In this document: one piece after another, positions 1 through 9,488 of the stretch
Layout of the letters: each line of letters starts with the position of its first letter
Position numbering within the stretch: position 1 is the stretch's first letter
From: Alteromonadaceae bacterium
Lineage (GTDB): Bacteria > Pseudomonadota > Gammaproteobacteria > Enterobacterales > Alteromonadaceae
DNA: 39,806 nt
Direction: 5' to 3'
Assembly: GCA_041937835.1 (NCBI GenBank)
Contig: JBGTXC010000001.1
Span: forward strand, 1-39,806
Position numbers and translations under genes: made by a program
Notes under the pieces: model-generated
Seen by the model: the letters and a program-made list of their open reading frames with translations, nothing else
The model's database searches: none
Told to the model about the DNA's origin: nothing

Positions 1-5
1 TCTCT

Positions 6-35
6 TTGCGCTGGCTACTCGTTTTGCGCTAAAAT
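6..35 (+). promoter_or_regulatory. Candidate sigma-70 promoter of ppiB
   Basis: TTGCGC (6-11), 18 nt spacer, TAAAAT (30-35), upstream of the AGGA RBS and ATG at 78. Motif match by eye only. Confidence 0.4.
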
Positions 36-77
36 GAGCGCACATTATATGTTTGCTAACACACAGGACACACCACA

Positions 78-569
78 ATGGTTACGTTAAAAACAAATTT
101 CGGTGACATCACCCTAGAGCTTTTTGAAGATAAAGCGCCTAAAACGGTAGCTAACTTCATTTCTTACGTTGAAGACGGTTTTTTTGATAACACTATTTTT
201 CACCGTGTAATCAACAACTTTATGATCCAAGGTGGTGGTTTTACGCCAGATATGGACCAAAAAACCACGCAGGACCCAGTTGAAAACGAAGCTGCTAACG
301 GTCTTAGCAATAAGATAGGTAGCATTGCCATGGCACGTACACCGGATCCACACTCTGCTACGTCGCAGTTCTTCATCAATGTGGGCAACAACACCTTCTT
401 AGATTTTACCAGCGAAACATCACAAGGCTTTGGCTACTGTGTTTTCGGTGAAGTTGTTGAAGGCATGGACGTCGTTGAGAAAATCAAAAACGTCGCAACT
501 GGCTCAAGCGGCTTCCACCAAGATGTCCCTCTTGAACCTGTGGTGATTGAAAAAGTCACTGTCGCTTAA
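78..569 (+). CDS. ppiB: Cyclophilin-type peptidyl-prolyl cis-trans isomerase B
   Basis: 163 aa with cyclophilin motifs [31 protein letters not shown] and GYCVFG. No signal peptide. Adjacent to lpxH as in E. coli. Confidence 0.96.
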   Translation: MVTLKTNFGDITLELFEDKAPKTVANFISYVEDGFFDNTIFHRVINNFMIQGGGFTPDMDQKTTQDPVENEAANGLSNKIGSIAMARTPDPHSATSQFFINVGNNTFLDFTSETSQGFGYCVFGEVVEGMDVVEKIKNVATGSSGFHQDVPLEPVVIEKVTVA

Positions 570-573
570 TAAG

Positions 574-601
574 ATGGGGAGCATAGCTCCTCATTTTTTT
601 T
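574..601 (+). terminator. Intrinsic terminator-like hairpin between ppiB and lpxH
   Basis: ATGGGGAGC-ATA-GCTCCTCAT stem (one G-U pair) followed by a T run (594-601). Confidence 0.7.
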
Positions 602-604
602 ACT

Positions 605-1339
605 ATGCAAAACTACACCCTCTTTATTGCTGATTTACACCTCACCCCGGATAGACCAGATATCACTGACGCGTTTATTCACTTTACCCAATCCATTGAT
701 AGCCAGTGTGATGCGCTTTACATTTTGGGCGACTTTTTTGAAGCCTGGATAGGCGACGACGACCAAAGTCCATTTAACCTTGAGATTGCAGCGGTTCTTA
801 AGGCCATTCCTGTGCCTGTATATTTTATCCATGGTAATCGCGACTTTTTATTAAAATCCCGCTATGCAGCACAAGCTGGAATGACACTTTTAAACGAGCA
901 AGCCGTGATTGATTTATATGGCCGCAAGACGCTCATTTGCCATGGCGATGAAATGTGCACTCAAGATGAGGTGTACCAAGCGTTTCGTAAAAAAAGCCGA
1001 GGATGGTGGTGGCCAAGATTAATGCTGACCATGCCACTTTGGTATCGCCGCCGGGTGGCACAAAATGCCAGAGCCCGCAGTATCGCAGCGCAAAAAGGTA
1101 AACCGCCTGAGATTTTAGATGTCACGCTCGAAGGAGTCACTGAGTTGTTCCGCCGCTATGATGTGTGTCACATGATCCACGGCCACACCCACAGGCCTGA
1201 TGTGCACACCTACGAGATAGATGGCAAAACACGCACTCGCACTGTGCTGGGTGATTGGTATACTCAAAGCAGTTATTTAAAAGCCACAGCCGATGGCAAC
1301 GAATTGGTGTTTAACCCATTAACTAAAAAAAGCGCTTAA
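605..1339 (+). CDS. lpxH: UDP-2,3-diacylglucosamine diphosphatase
   Basis: 244 aa metallophosphoesterase with DLHL, GDFFE, GNRDF (LpxH-type Arg), CHGD and HGHTH motifs. ppiB-lpxH synteny. Confidence 0.95.
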   Translation: MQNYTLFIADLHLTPDRPDITDAFIHFTQSIDSQCDALYILGDFFEAWIGDDDQSPFNLEIAAVLKAIPVPVYFIHGNRDFLLKSRYAAQAGMTLLNEQAVIDLYGRKTLICHGDEMCTQDEVYQAFRKKSRGWWWPRLMLTMPLWYRRRVAQNARARSIAAQKGKPPEILDVTLEGVTELFRRYDVCHMIHGHTHRPDVHTYEIDGKTRTRTVLGDWYTQSSYLKATADGNELVFNPLTKKSA

Positions 1340-1349
1340 GCGCTTTTTT
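1326..1349. terminator. Bidirectional terminator between convergent lpxH and miaE
   Basis: Perfect 24-bp palindrome AAAAAAGCGCTTAAGCGCTTTTTT containing the lpxH stop codon. Confidence 0.8.
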
Positions 1350-1354
1350 CGTGT

Positions 1355-2119
1355 CTAAACTGGGCAACCTGAATGGAATTTAAAGTCCGCATCCGGCTCT
1401 GAGATGAGCTTTGCTTCAAGTTTTGCAAAGTGGGCAATCCGTGCGCTGATGTCTTCATCCGTTAAAGATTGCGCCAAGGTTAAATAATCTTGGTAATGGC
1501 GCGCTTCACTTCTTAATAACGACACGTAAAAATCACCTAAGCGTTTATCCACATGGGGCGCTAATTTGGCAAAACGTTCGCACGAACGCGCTTCAATAAA
1601 GGCACCACAAATAAGCTTATCCACGAGCTTAGCTGGCTCATACGTGCGCACTTCTTTTAATAAGCCGCTGGCATAACGGCTGGATGCGACATAATCGTAT
1701 TCAAAGCCGCACTCATGCATGATTTCCAACACTTGATAGAAGTGGTGTAGCTCTTCTTTGATGAGCAGCACCATTTTATTGATCAAATCTTGGCTGTATG
1801 GGCCTTCATTTTTCGGCAGCATGGACTTATTAAAACTGTTGCCATCAGCTAAGTCTTGCCACTGGCCAATTTTACGGTAAGTAAAGTCCTCGTAGGGCTT
1901 TAACCACGCTAAAAGTGCATCACCACTGGCCTTATCCACGGCATACTTTCTAATGAGGTACATCGCAGACTGGGCAGCTTTGAGTTCACACACTAAGTGA
2001 TCGGTCAGTACCACGCGCAAGTTTTCAGGGCGTGCCGCTTCATTTACCCACGCATCTGGCGTTGGGCACAATAAAAAGTCATTAATGGGGGCAAGTAAGC
2101 TTTGGTATTTCTCTAACAT
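1355..2119 (-). CDS. miaE: tRNA-(ms2i6A37) hydroxylase, ferritin-like diiron enzyme
   Basis: Motifs DHLVCELKAA, EELHH, IEARSCERF, SEARHY and C-terminal FHSG. Start moved to ATG 2119 (MLEKYQ, 254 aa) because the 39-aa upstream extension in the ORF track does not look protein-like. Confidence 0.93.
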   Translation of the reverse strand: MLEKYQSLLAPINDFLLCPTPDAWVNEAARPENLRVVLTDHLVCELKAAQSAMYLIRKYAVDKASGDALLAWLKPYEDFTYRKIGQWQDLADGNSFNKSMLPKNEGPYSQDLINKMVLLIKEELHHFYQVLEIMHECGFEYDYVASSRYASGLLKEVRTYEPAKLVDKLICGAFIEARSCERFAKLAPHVDKRLGDFYVSLLRSEARHYQDYLTLAQSLTDEDISARIAHFAKLEAKLISEPDADFKFHSGCPV

Positions 2120-2160
2120 ACGAAATTGGGTGTGACACCATGGCGTTAAACAGCGCGGCA

Positions 2161-2171
2161 AGTCTACCACA
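2161..2171 (-). promoter_or_regulatory. Extended -10 promoter candidate for miaE
   Basis: Minus strand reads TGTGG-TAGACT followed by GC-rich TGCCGCGC, about 40 nt above the start codon. Confidence 0.4.
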
Positions 2172-2313
2172 GCTCCTTTAAGCCCCAAAGTAAGCGACTG
2201 CTTTGAACAGGCCTTGATGCAATAAACCCTTGACATTGTTTAAAAATAAAGCAAATGATAAGCAAAGTGCTGTACAAAAATAAACCAATTATAAGTGTTA
2301 CAGTGAGATGCCT

Positions 2314-2925
2314 ATGATACTCAATCACCTCTGGGGCTTATACGCCCACCCGCTCGATGAATGGAAAACCATTGAAGCCCGCCATGAAAACTTTTTTTAT
2401 GCCTTAAGCCACATTGCTCTGATAGCCGCCATCCCAAGTGTGATGGGGTATGTTGCCTCAGTGTACTTGGGTTGGTCGATTGGGGTAGGTAATGCCATTA
2501 CCCTGACTCATGACAGTGCCCTATTCATTGCTCTGAGTATGTATTTTGCCTTAATAATTGGGGTATTCGCGCTTGCGTATTTAGCGCATTGGATGGCTCA
2601 TACTTTTGGCGCATCGCCAAGTTATACGCAAACTTTGGAGCTGACCGCGTATACGGCCACACCGATTTTTATGTCCGCCTTTGCTGCAATCTACCCAAGC
2701 TTATGGTTTGTGGTGTGCGCCGGTTTGGTGGGGCTCACTTATAGCGTGTATTTACTCTACACTGGGGTGCCCATTTTAATGCGGATTTCTCATGAGCGCG
2801 GCTTTATTTACGCAAGCTCTGTAGTGACCTGTGGTTTAGTCATATTGGTGGTGATATTAGCAGCCACCGCCATGTTTTGGACCACAGGTTACGGGCCCAT
2901 TTTTGCCAGTGCCCTGTTGAATTAA
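2314..2925 (+). CDS. Yip1/DUF1282 (YohC-like) inner membrane protein
   Basis: MILNHLWGLY.HP..EW N-terminus, about 5 hydrophobic segments, YTATP and YLLYTGVPILM motifs. Alternative start at 2308. Confidence 0.85.
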   Translation: MILNHLWGLYAHPLDEWKTIEARHENFFYALSHIALIAAIPSVMGYVASVYLGWSIGVGNAITLTHDSALFIALSMYFALIIGVFALAYLAHWMAHTFGASPSYTQTLELTAYTATPIFMSAFAAIYPSLWFVVCAGLVGLTYSVYLLYTGVPILMRISHERGFIYASSVVTCGLVILVVILAATAMFWTTGYGPIFASALLN

Positions 2926-3053
2926 TCACAAAAAGGTTAAAGCCGTGTTTTATGACATTCACGTGTATTTCATTCATTTGCACTGAGCATCAAAAAATAC
3001 AGAAACCTTTTTGACTCAACCCAATGCCCTAAAAACGCCTGAGTTTTAGGCAT

Positions 3054-3079
3054 AAAAAAGGCGCTTAGCGCCTTTTTTT
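3054..3079. terminator. Bidirectional terminator downstream of purF and the Yip1 gene
   Basis: AAAAAA-GGCGC-TTA-GCGCC-TTTTTTT abutting the purF stop. Confidence 0.8.
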
Positions 3080-4598
3080 ATTCTTGGTTATCTTGATTGT
3101 GTAATTCAAGATTGGAGGACATCGCCGCCTCACGTTCAGTCTTAGCAGCGTCGTTTCTCAGCTCATCAATGCGGTTTAAATAATCCTGATTGATGTCGCC
3201 TGTGATGTAATGCCCATCAAAAACAGACGTTTCAAAACGCTGTATTGCTGGGTTTTCTTGCTGCACCGCTTTAATCAAATCAGGTAATGACTGATAAATT
3301 AAGCCATCTGCCCCAATGCTTTGATTAATGTCTTCAACCTCACGGCCATGGGCAATCAACTCAGCTGCCGATGGCATATCAATGCCATACACATTCGGGA
3401 AACGTACCTCAGGGGCTGCAGAAGCAAAATACACCTTGTTGGCACCGGCTTCACGCGCCATCTCCACAATTTGTGCTGACGTTGTACCGCGCACAATTGA
3501 GTCGTCCACCAGCAGCACATTTTTACCTTTGAACTCGCGGTCGATGGCGTTGAGCTTACGTCTCACAGACTTTTTACGCTCAGCCTGCCCCGGCATAATA
3601 AAGGTGCGGCCAATATAGCGGTTTTTCACAAAACCTTGGCGGTATGGTAAATCCAGCTTGGCTGCTATCTCGAGTGCAATATCACAAGATGTTTCAGGGA
3701 TAGGGATCACCACATCAATGTCTTTATCAGCCCATTCTTTGGCAATTTTTTCACCCAGTTTAACACCCATGTTTAAACGCGTGCCATACACAGACATTTT
3801 ATCAATGAAGGAATCCGGGCGGGCAAAATAAACAAACTCAAAAATACACGGGGAATAACTGACTTCTTCAGCACAAATACGCGTGTGTAAAGTGCCTTCA
3901 GCATCCACATAAATGGCCTCACCTGGGGCTACATCACGAATAAACTCATAGCCACAGGCATCGAGCGCCACACTTTCTGAAGCAAACATGTACTCAGTGC
4001 CTGTGTCTGTGATGCGCTTACCAAACACTAATGGACGAATGCCATTCGGATCGCGAAACGCAAGCATACCGTGGCCGATGATCATGGCGATTGCTGCATA
4101 ACCACCAATGACCATGCCATTGACCGTTTCTATGGCAGTAAAAATGTCATCAGCGTTTAAGTGGAGTTTATTCGGTTTGGTGAGTTCGTGTGCAAGGATG
4201 TTTAGGAGGATTTCTGAGTCAGACGTGGTGTTAACATGGCGGCGGGCATTGCAAAAGAGTTGCTCTTTTAGCTGCTCTGCGTTGGTGAGGTTACCATTAT
4301 GTGCCAATGCTATGCCAAAAGGCGAATTCACATAAAATGGCTGGGCCTCAGCGGAGCTGGCGCTGCCTGCGGTGGGATACCGCACATGGCCAATGCCGAT
4401 ATTCCCTGTTAAGCGTTTCATATGGCGGGTGTGAAACACGTCTTTCACTAAGCCATTATCCTTGCGTAGACTGAAGGTATTATTATCTATGGTAATAATA
4501 CCAGCGGCGTCCTGACCGCGATGTTGAAGCACTGTCAACCCATCATAAATGGCTTGGTTGACGGGGGTTTGCCCAACAATTCCAACGATACCACACAT
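3078..4598 (-). CDS. purF: Amidophosphoribosyltransferase
   Basis: N-terminal MCGIVG (Ntn Cys), [16 protein letters not shown] and PRPP loop [13 protein letters not shown]. 506 aa. Confidence 0.98.
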   Translation of the reverse strand: MCGIVGIVGQTPVNQAIYDGLTVLQHRGQDAAGIITIDNNTFSLRKDNGLVKDVFHTRHMKRLTGNIGIGHVRYPTAGSASSAEAQPFYVNSPFGIALAHNGNLTNAEQLKEQLFCNARRHVNTTSDSEILLNILAHELTKPNKLHLNADDIFTAIETVNGMVIGGYAAIAMIIGHGMLAFRDPNGIRPLVFGKRITDTGTEYMFASESVALDACGYEFIRDVAPGEAIYVDAEGTLHTRICAEEVSYSPCIFEFVYFARPDSFIDKMSVYGTRLNMGVKLGEKIAKEWADKDIDVVIPIPETSCDIALEIAAKLDLPYRQGFVKNRYIGRTFIMPGQAERKKSVRRKLNAIDREFKGKNVLLVDDSIVRGTTSAQIVEMAREAGANKVYFASAAPEVRFPNVYGIDMPSAAELIAHGREVEDINQSIGADGLIYQSLPDLIKAVQQENPAIQRFETSVFDGHYITGDINQDYLNRIDELRNDAAKTEREAAMSSNLELHNQDNQE

Positions 4599-4615
4599 TC
4601 ATTTATCCTCGCCGT

Positions 4616-5113
4616 TTAGCGGTTAACCGAATTTAGGAAACTGGAGTTATTTTCTAAGTAACTGAAAAACCACTCAATCACAAAGCCAAATTCGGGGATT
4701 AATATTGAGCTCTGCCACCAGTGTGCATTAGGCGCACCGGTGAATGCATCTAGGAAAAATAAGCAAGCTGCCATCACTAACACGCCACGTAACGCACCAA
4801 ACACAATGCCAAACACGCGATCTGTGCCGGACAATCCCGTCCGTACAACCAGTTCACCAAGAATGTAATTGAGTAAACCGCCCAAAATTAATGTGGCGAT
4901 AAAAAGGAGCGCAATGGCTGCGGCGTTTTTCAGTAGGGGTTCTTGAATGTTAGTGAGAAATGCAGCGAGATCTGCATAGAATAAGCTAGAGATGACAAAG
5001 GCGCCCGCCCATACCGCAAGGGACATAGCTTCTTTTACAAACCCACGTACCAATCCTATGACAGTGGACAGTCCAATGATGGCCAAAATGGCGTAATCAA
5101 CCCAGATCATCAT
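4616..5113 (-). CDS. cvpA: CvpA (colicin V production) membrane protein
   Basis: MIWVDY..., [22 protein letters not shown]. Directly upstream of purF. Confidence 0.95.
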   Translation of the reverse strand: MMIWVDYAILAIIGLSTVIGLVRGFVKEAMSLAVWAGAFVISSLFYADLAAFLTNIQEPLLKNAAAIALLFIATLILGGLLNYILGELVVRTGLSGTDRVFGIVFGALRGVLVMAACLFFLDAFTGAPNAHWWQSSILIPEFGFVIEWFFSYLENNSSFLNSVNR

Positions 5114-5132
5114 GCTCAGCAGTTGCCTAATT

Positions 5133-5146
5133 CCGCGCGCATTCTA
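5133..5146 (-). promoter_or_regulatory. -10 element and GC-rich discriminator of the cvpA-purF promoter
   Basis: Minus strand TAGAAT-GCGCGCGG in the dedD-cvpA gap. The -35 match is weak. Confidence 0.5.
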
Positions 5147-5171
5147 GCTGAGCCACTACGCAAATGCCAGA

Positions 5172-5840
5172 TCATTTTACCACCTCAAACTGAGTGATTT
5201 TTCCATTAAGGTTAGTAAGTTGCTTCAATTCTGGGAGCTTTTTCTCAAGCACAGCTTGGTCTAACTCTGGGCCGACAAACACTTTGGTTAACGTGCCTGA
5301 TGGCGTCGTCACTGGACGGGTAAAAGTAGTAAAGCCGGCTTTTTTAAGCTTTTCCATCAGCTTTTCCACATTGGCTTTATGAGAAAAGCTCCCCAACTGA
5401 ATCACATAAGCCATGTAACTTAAATGGCTGTCGTCATCGCGTTTTAAAGTGCTGACTTCCACCACATCTGTATTTTGAGGCGCGGCGTCTTGCGAGGCAG
5501 TCACCTGCTCGCTTTGCGCTTGTGATGTCGGCGCCTCAGTCGTATTGACAAGCTGAATGTCTTTCGCTTCTTCAGCTACTTTATTTTGTTCATCAAGGCT
5601 TGCGTCATCTGGGGTGATGTCCTCAACGGGTGCAGCTTTGGCTTGATGGGCTAAATCCGGTTTGTCTTTTTCAATTTCGGCTTTTAAATCAATGGATTTA
5701 AATTCAGGGCGCTCAGGAATAGCGCGAAACTCATCACTGTAGGATTGTTTTTCACCATCTAAGATATTGGGAATAAAAACGATGGCAGCAATGACAACAA
5801 TCACTGTGCCTACTAAACGGTTAATGAATCCGGCGTCCAC
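5172..5840 (-). CDS. dedD: SPOR-domain cell division protein, DedD-like
   Basis: NRLVGT plus one TM helix, low-complexity linker, C-terminal SPOR domain (YVIQLGSF...KVFVGP). folC-dedD-cvpA synteny. GTG start. Confidence 0.88.
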   Translation of the reverse strand: MDAGFINRLVGTVIVVIAAIVFIPNILDGEKQSYSDEFRAIPERPEFKSIDLKAEIEKDKPDLAHQAKAAPVEDITPDDASLDEQNKVAEEAKDIQLVNTTEAPTSQAQSEQVTASQDAAPQNTDVVEVSTLKRDDDSHLSYMAYVIQLGSFSHKANVEKLMEKLKKAGFTTFTRPVTTPSGTLTKVFVGPELDQAVLEKKLPELKQLTNLNGKITQFEVVK

Positions 5841-5845
5841 GGTTG

Positions 5846-7117
5846 TTACCTTTTATTATTAAAATACGAAAGCGCACCTTGCACAGTGTAAAACGAACCC
5901 ATCACGATGAGCAAATCTTCTGCTTGGAGCTTAGGCAAAATGCTACCGAGCGCACTTGGGACGTCTTGGTATTCAGCTAAAGGCGCTGTGCCTAAATCGG
6001 CTAACACTTGGGTCAGTTCCCCTTTTGCTGTGCTGCGTGGGGTATCTAACAAAGTGGTGTAAATACCATCTAGCTCAGGGATTAAGTGCGAAAGCGCCGC
6101 TTTTTGGTCTTTATCTTTTAACATGCCAATTAACGCATACACATTGGCATAATTTGGCTTTAACGCGCTGATTTGCTTTGCTAAATAGGCCGCAGATTGC
6201 GGATTATGCGCAACATCTAACACCACAGTTGGGCGCTCACTCACAAACTGCATACGTCCTTCGACTTTAACGCGGTCGATTAATTCAATAAATTGGCTTT
6301 GGCTTGGCAATAGCCCAATGGTTTTTAGTAACGCAAGGCCCGTTGCCACGTTTTGCGCTGGAATATGCGGTTTGGTGCTTACGAGTGCCGCATTCCCAAA
6401 ATGCCAACTAAATACTGAGTCGGTTAAGGTGTAATCGTAATCTACCGTGGCTTGCACTAAATGAGCACCTAGCTCATTGGTGTAGTTGATCACCGCTTTG
6501 GGTGGCTGAATATCTCCCATGATGGCAGGCGTATCACGGCGATACACACCGGCTTTTTCTAAGCCAACCTTTTCGCGGGTGTTACCTAAAAACGCTTGAT
6601 GATCTAAATCTATGGTGGTGATCACACTGGCAATAGGACTGACAATGTTAGTCGCATCCAGTCGCCCACCAAGCCCTACTTCTAAGAGTACGTATTCCAC
6701 TTGGTGACTTTTAAAAAGATGAAGCCCTGCTAAAGCACCAAATTCAAAGTACGTCAGTGGCGTTTCACCTCGGGCACTTTCTACTTCATAAAACGCTTTG
6801 CAGTGCCCTTCATCATCAAGCTCTTCACCATTAATGCGCACGCGCTCGTTGTAACGTTCAATATGGGGAGAAACAAAGGTGCCCACGCTTTTACCTTGCT
6901 GGCGCAGGGCATGCTCTAAAAAGCGCGCTGTCGTGCCTTTGCCATTGGTGCCCGCAATCAAAATGATTTTAGCTGGGTGTGCGTGGGTTAACGACATGAT
7001 ATCGCCGACGTGCTTAACACGCTCAAGGCCCATATCAATTTCTTTGTAGTGGAGGTTTTCTAAATGAAAAAGCCAATCGTCAAGGGATGAAGATTGGCTC
7101 AATTGTGTGTTGCTCAT
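5846..7117 (-). CDS. folC: Bifunctional folylpolyglutamate/dihydrofolate synthase
   Basis: AGTNGKGTT P-loop, LEVGLGGRLDATN and DVAHNP. Confidence 0.97.
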   Translation of the reverse strand: MSNTQLSQSSSLDDWLFHLENLHYKEIDMGLERVKHVGDIMSLTHAHPAKIILIAGTNGKGTTARFLEHALRQQGKSVGTFVSPHIERYNERVRINGEELDDEGHCKAFYEVESARGETPLTYFEFGALAGLHLFKSHQVEYVLLEVGLGGRLDATNIVSPIASVITTIDLDHQAFLGNTREKVGLEKAGVYRRDTPAIMGDIQPPKAVINYTNELGAHLVQATVDYDYTLTDSVFSWHFGNAALVSTKPHIPAQNVATGLALLKTIGLLPSQSQFIELIDRVKVEGRMQFVSERPTVVLDVAHNPQSAAYLAKQISALKPNYANVYALIGMLKDKDQKAALSHLIPELDGIYTTLLDTPRSTAKGELTQVLADLGTAPLAEYQDVPSALGSILPKLQAEDLLIVMGSFYTVQGALSYFNNKR

Positions 7118-7140
7118 AGCGCGTAAACTGTTATTCGTTT

Positions 7141-8013
7141 TTACGCTACTCTATGCTCTTGCTCCGTTGAAGGCAAGTTCATAAATTTTGCACATAGGCG
7201 TGCAATGGTGTCACGCATTTCGCGGCGGTCGGTGATCATGTCTATGGCACCATGCTCAAGTAAGAACTCTGAGCGCTGGAAACCCTCTGGGAGTGTTTCA
7301 CGTACCGTTTGTTCAATCACGCGAGGGCCGGCAAAACCGATCAAGGCTTTTGGCTCAGCAATGTTCACATCACCCAGCATCGCAAGGGATGCTGACACGC
7401 CACCCATGGTTGGGTCGGTTAATACTGAAATAAACGGCAGGCCTTTTTCGCTCATACGCGCCAATGCCGCACTGGTTTTAGCCATTTGCATCAAAGACAT
7501 TAAAGCTTCTTGCATGCGGGCACCGCCTGATGCTGAAAAACAAATCAACGGCATGTTGTGCTCAAGGCAAAGCTCAACCGCTTTTACAAAGCGTGCCCCA
7601 ACCACAGACGCCATTGAGCCACCCATAAAGCTGAACTCAAATGCCACAGCCGCGACAGGAATGCCTTTTAAACGCCCTTGCATGGCCACTAATGCGTCTG
7701 TTTCACCAGACACTTTTTGCGCCGCTTTGATGCGATCTGAATACTTTTTAGAATCTTTAAACTTAAGCACGTCTTGTGGCTCAAGCTCTGCGCCAATTTC
7801 AACGCGCTCGCCATCGTCTAAAAAGGACTCTAAACGCTTGCGCGCACTCACACGCATGTGGTGCGAGCACTTAGGGCAAACGTTTAAGGATTTTTCTAAT
7901 TCGGCTTTGTAGAGAATGGCATCACAGTCGCTGCATTTAGCCCACACCCCTTCAGGGATTTCTTTACGGCCAGTTGACTTAGTTTTTGGTAAGATTTTTT
8001 CTAGCCAGCTCAT
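7141..8013 (-). CDS. accD: Acetyl-CoA carboxylase carboxyltransferase beta subunit
   Basis: C4 zinc finger (CSDC...CPKC), [14 protein letters not shown] and [11 protein letters not shown]. Confidence 0.98.
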   Translation of the reverse strand: MSWLEKILPKTKSTGRKEIPEGVWAKCSDCDAILYKAELEKSLNVCPKCSHHMRVSARKRLESFLDDGERVEIGAELEPQDVLKFKDSKKYSDRIKAAQKVSGETDALVAMQGRLKGIPVAAVAFEFSFMGGSMASVVGARFVKAVELCLEHNMPLICFSASGGARMQEALMSLMQMAKTSAALARMSEKGLPFISVLTDPTMGGVSASLAMLGDVNIAEPKALIGFAGPRVIEQTVRETLPEGFQRSEFLLEHGAIDMITDRREMRDTIARLCAKFMNLPSTEQEHRVA

Positions 8014-8103
8014 CGCTACTCTCTTCTACTTTCGTCTAAATGCGTCAATCCTGACGCGAAATTGCTGCAATTAAAACACGTTTAACTGAGCTTAGGTATA
8101 AAA

Positions 8104-8120
8104 AACTGGTCAGCGTAGTG
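8104..8120. promoter_or_regulatory. Candidate FadR binding site upstream of accD
   Basis: AACTGGTC-A-GCGTAGTG versus the FadR palindrome AACTGGTC-N-GACCAGTT: one perfect half and 4/8 in the other. It lies upstream of an extended -10 (TG-T-TTTAAT, minus strand, 8070-8078). Confidence 0.5.
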
Positions 8121-8203
8121 GCACACTAAAAACAACAAAGGCGCCGCACTGCGTTTACAGTTTAGCGCCTAAATGTACGTATTTTAACCTCTGTTTGCGG
8201 CTG

Positions 8204-9004
8204 TTAGCCGGCGTTTAGGTCATCGGGTAAAAACAGTGGGCCGATTGGCATACGTTTAATGCCCCATTCGCTTGGGTAATCCACATCCACAAGATATAAA
8301 CCATGAGGCTTAGCGGTTGGGCTTGCTTGCGTGCGGTCTTTCATTGCCAGCAAGGTTGCAACCCACTCAGGCTCAAATTTACCTGTGCCAATATCAATTA
8401 AAGTGCCTGTGATGTTACGCACCATGTGGTGTAAAAACGCATTGGCTTTAATGTCTATTACAATGTATGCGCCAAAACGCTTTACAAACACGTGATGGAT
8501 ATTGCGATAAGGGGTATTCGATTGGCAGTGCACAGCTCGGAAAGAAGTAAAGTCTTGCTCACCGGTTAAATACTGACACGCTGCCTGCATGCGCGTTTCA
8601 TCAAGCTGATGATGGTAATGCGTGACACCGTAACGCATGATCCCTGGGCGTAAATTGGCGTTGTAGATGATGTAACGATAACGCCTTGCGGTAGCGCTAA
8701 AGCGCGCGTGAAAGTCGTCTTTGACTTCTTGAGCAAAGCGTACGCCTATGTCGTCCGGCAATAAGGTGTTCATGCCTAATTCAAATGCGCTGATGTCACG
8801 CCCTGCGTCTGAATCAAAATGCACCAACTGGCCTGTGGCATGCACGCCGGCATCGGTACGACCAGCGCAAGTAACCTCAACCGGATGATTACAAATGCGG
8901 CTCAGCGCCGTTTCTACTTCTTGCTGAATACTACTGACATGCTGCTGACGCTGCCAGCCGCTGTACTGAGTACCATGATATTCAATTCCTAATGCGTAGC
9001 GCAT
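8204..9004 (-). CDS. truA: tRNA pseudouridine(38-40) synthase
   Basis: [18 protein letters not shown] (catalytic Asp), FHARFSA and FLHHMVRNI. Confidence 0.98.
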   Translation of the reverse strand: MRYALGIEYHGTQYSGWQRQQHVSSIQQEVETALSRICNHPVEVTCAGRTDAGVHATGQLVHFDSDAGRDISAFELGMNTLLPDDIGVRFAQEVKDDFHARFSATARRYRYIIYNANLRPGIMRYGVTHYHHQLDETRMQAACQYLTGEQDFTSFRAVHCQSNTPYRNIHHVFVKRFGAYIVIDIKANAFLHHMVRNITGTLIDIGTGKFEPEWVATLLAMKDRTQASPTAKPHGLYLVDVDYPSEWGIKRMPIGPLFLPDDLNAG

Positions 9005-9036
9005 TCTCTGACGTCGTATTAGCGATAGATAGCGGG

Positions 9037-9065
9037 ATTATAAAGAATTGCGAGATAAAAAGCAT
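9037..9065 (-). promoter_or_regulatory. Candidate sigma-70 promoter for truA
   Basis: Minus strand ATGCTT, 17 nt spacer, TATAAT (perfect -10 at 9037-9042). Confidence 0.5.
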
Positions 9066-9143
9066 CGCCTGCCTAGCAAGGTACGGTTAAAAGCACATTG
9101 TGCTAACAAGTAAACGATGAGGGTTCAGCGCACTTCAAACGGG

Positions 9144-9452
9144 TTAATATGCGAGATCGCGAATGTAAAAATAGCAGTCTCCCTTTTCAAGGCATTCACA
9201 AATAAACTCACCATCTTTAGAGGGATTACCGTTCTTATTGAGGTGTGCTTTGTACCAAGCGGCAATGAAGTGTAATGCCATCACACGACTGGTGTGGTCG
9301 TTCTCAATAAATGCGATGTCATTGTGTTTTAAAATGCTCTTAAAAATAGTCATGTCCAATATGATGTTGCGGGTAGGCTCTATGCTCAAAGCTAAATCAT
9401 TAAATGAAATATGCTCAGGGATAGCGCCAAAATGGCCCTGTAATTCCAACAT
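9144..9452 (-). CDS. Hypothetical 102-aa soluble protein of unknown function
   Basis: ATG start with GAAGGA RBS about 7 nt upstream. Fills an otherwise empty gap, globular composition, no named domain recognised. Confidence 0.7.
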   Translation of the reverse strand: MLELQGHFGAIPEHISFNDLALSIEPTRNIILDMTIFKSILKHNDIAFIENDHTSRVMALHFIAAWYKAHLNKNGNPSKDGEFICECLEKGDCYFYIRDLAY

Positions 9453-9472
9453 TGCGAGATTCCTTCTCTGTT

Positions 9473-9488
9473 TGTGATGTCAATCATA
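9473..9488. promoter_or_regulatory. CRP-like site upstream of the orphan ORF
   Basis: TGTGA-TGTCAA-TCATA, 9/10 match to TGTGA-N6-TCACA. Confidence 0.5.

Noticed and set aside
1545-1940. Three DnaA-box-like 9-mers (TTATCCACA/G at 1545, 1617, 1932) in miaE
   Set aside because: Each is the reverse complement of Val-Asp-Lys codons. There is no AT-rich unwinding element or origin-type gene context.
2215-2228. TTGATGCAATAAAC as a possible FNR box above the Yip1 gene
   Set aside because: The second half does not fit TTGAT-N4-ATCAA at the required spacing.
5158-5173. ACGCAAA PurR-like half-site above cvpA-purF
   Set aside because: Only one half matches, the other half has no similarity, and the spacing to the -10 differs from the E. 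coli operator.
7205-7912. 235-aa plus-strand ORF antisense to accD, and the many similar shadow ORFs opposite purF, kef, dnaE, bamA, frr, pyrH, tsf and rpsB
   Set aside because: They lie fully antisense to conserved genes, have Ser/Ala/Thr-rich shadow composition and show no recognisable motif. Codon bias of the real gene explains them.
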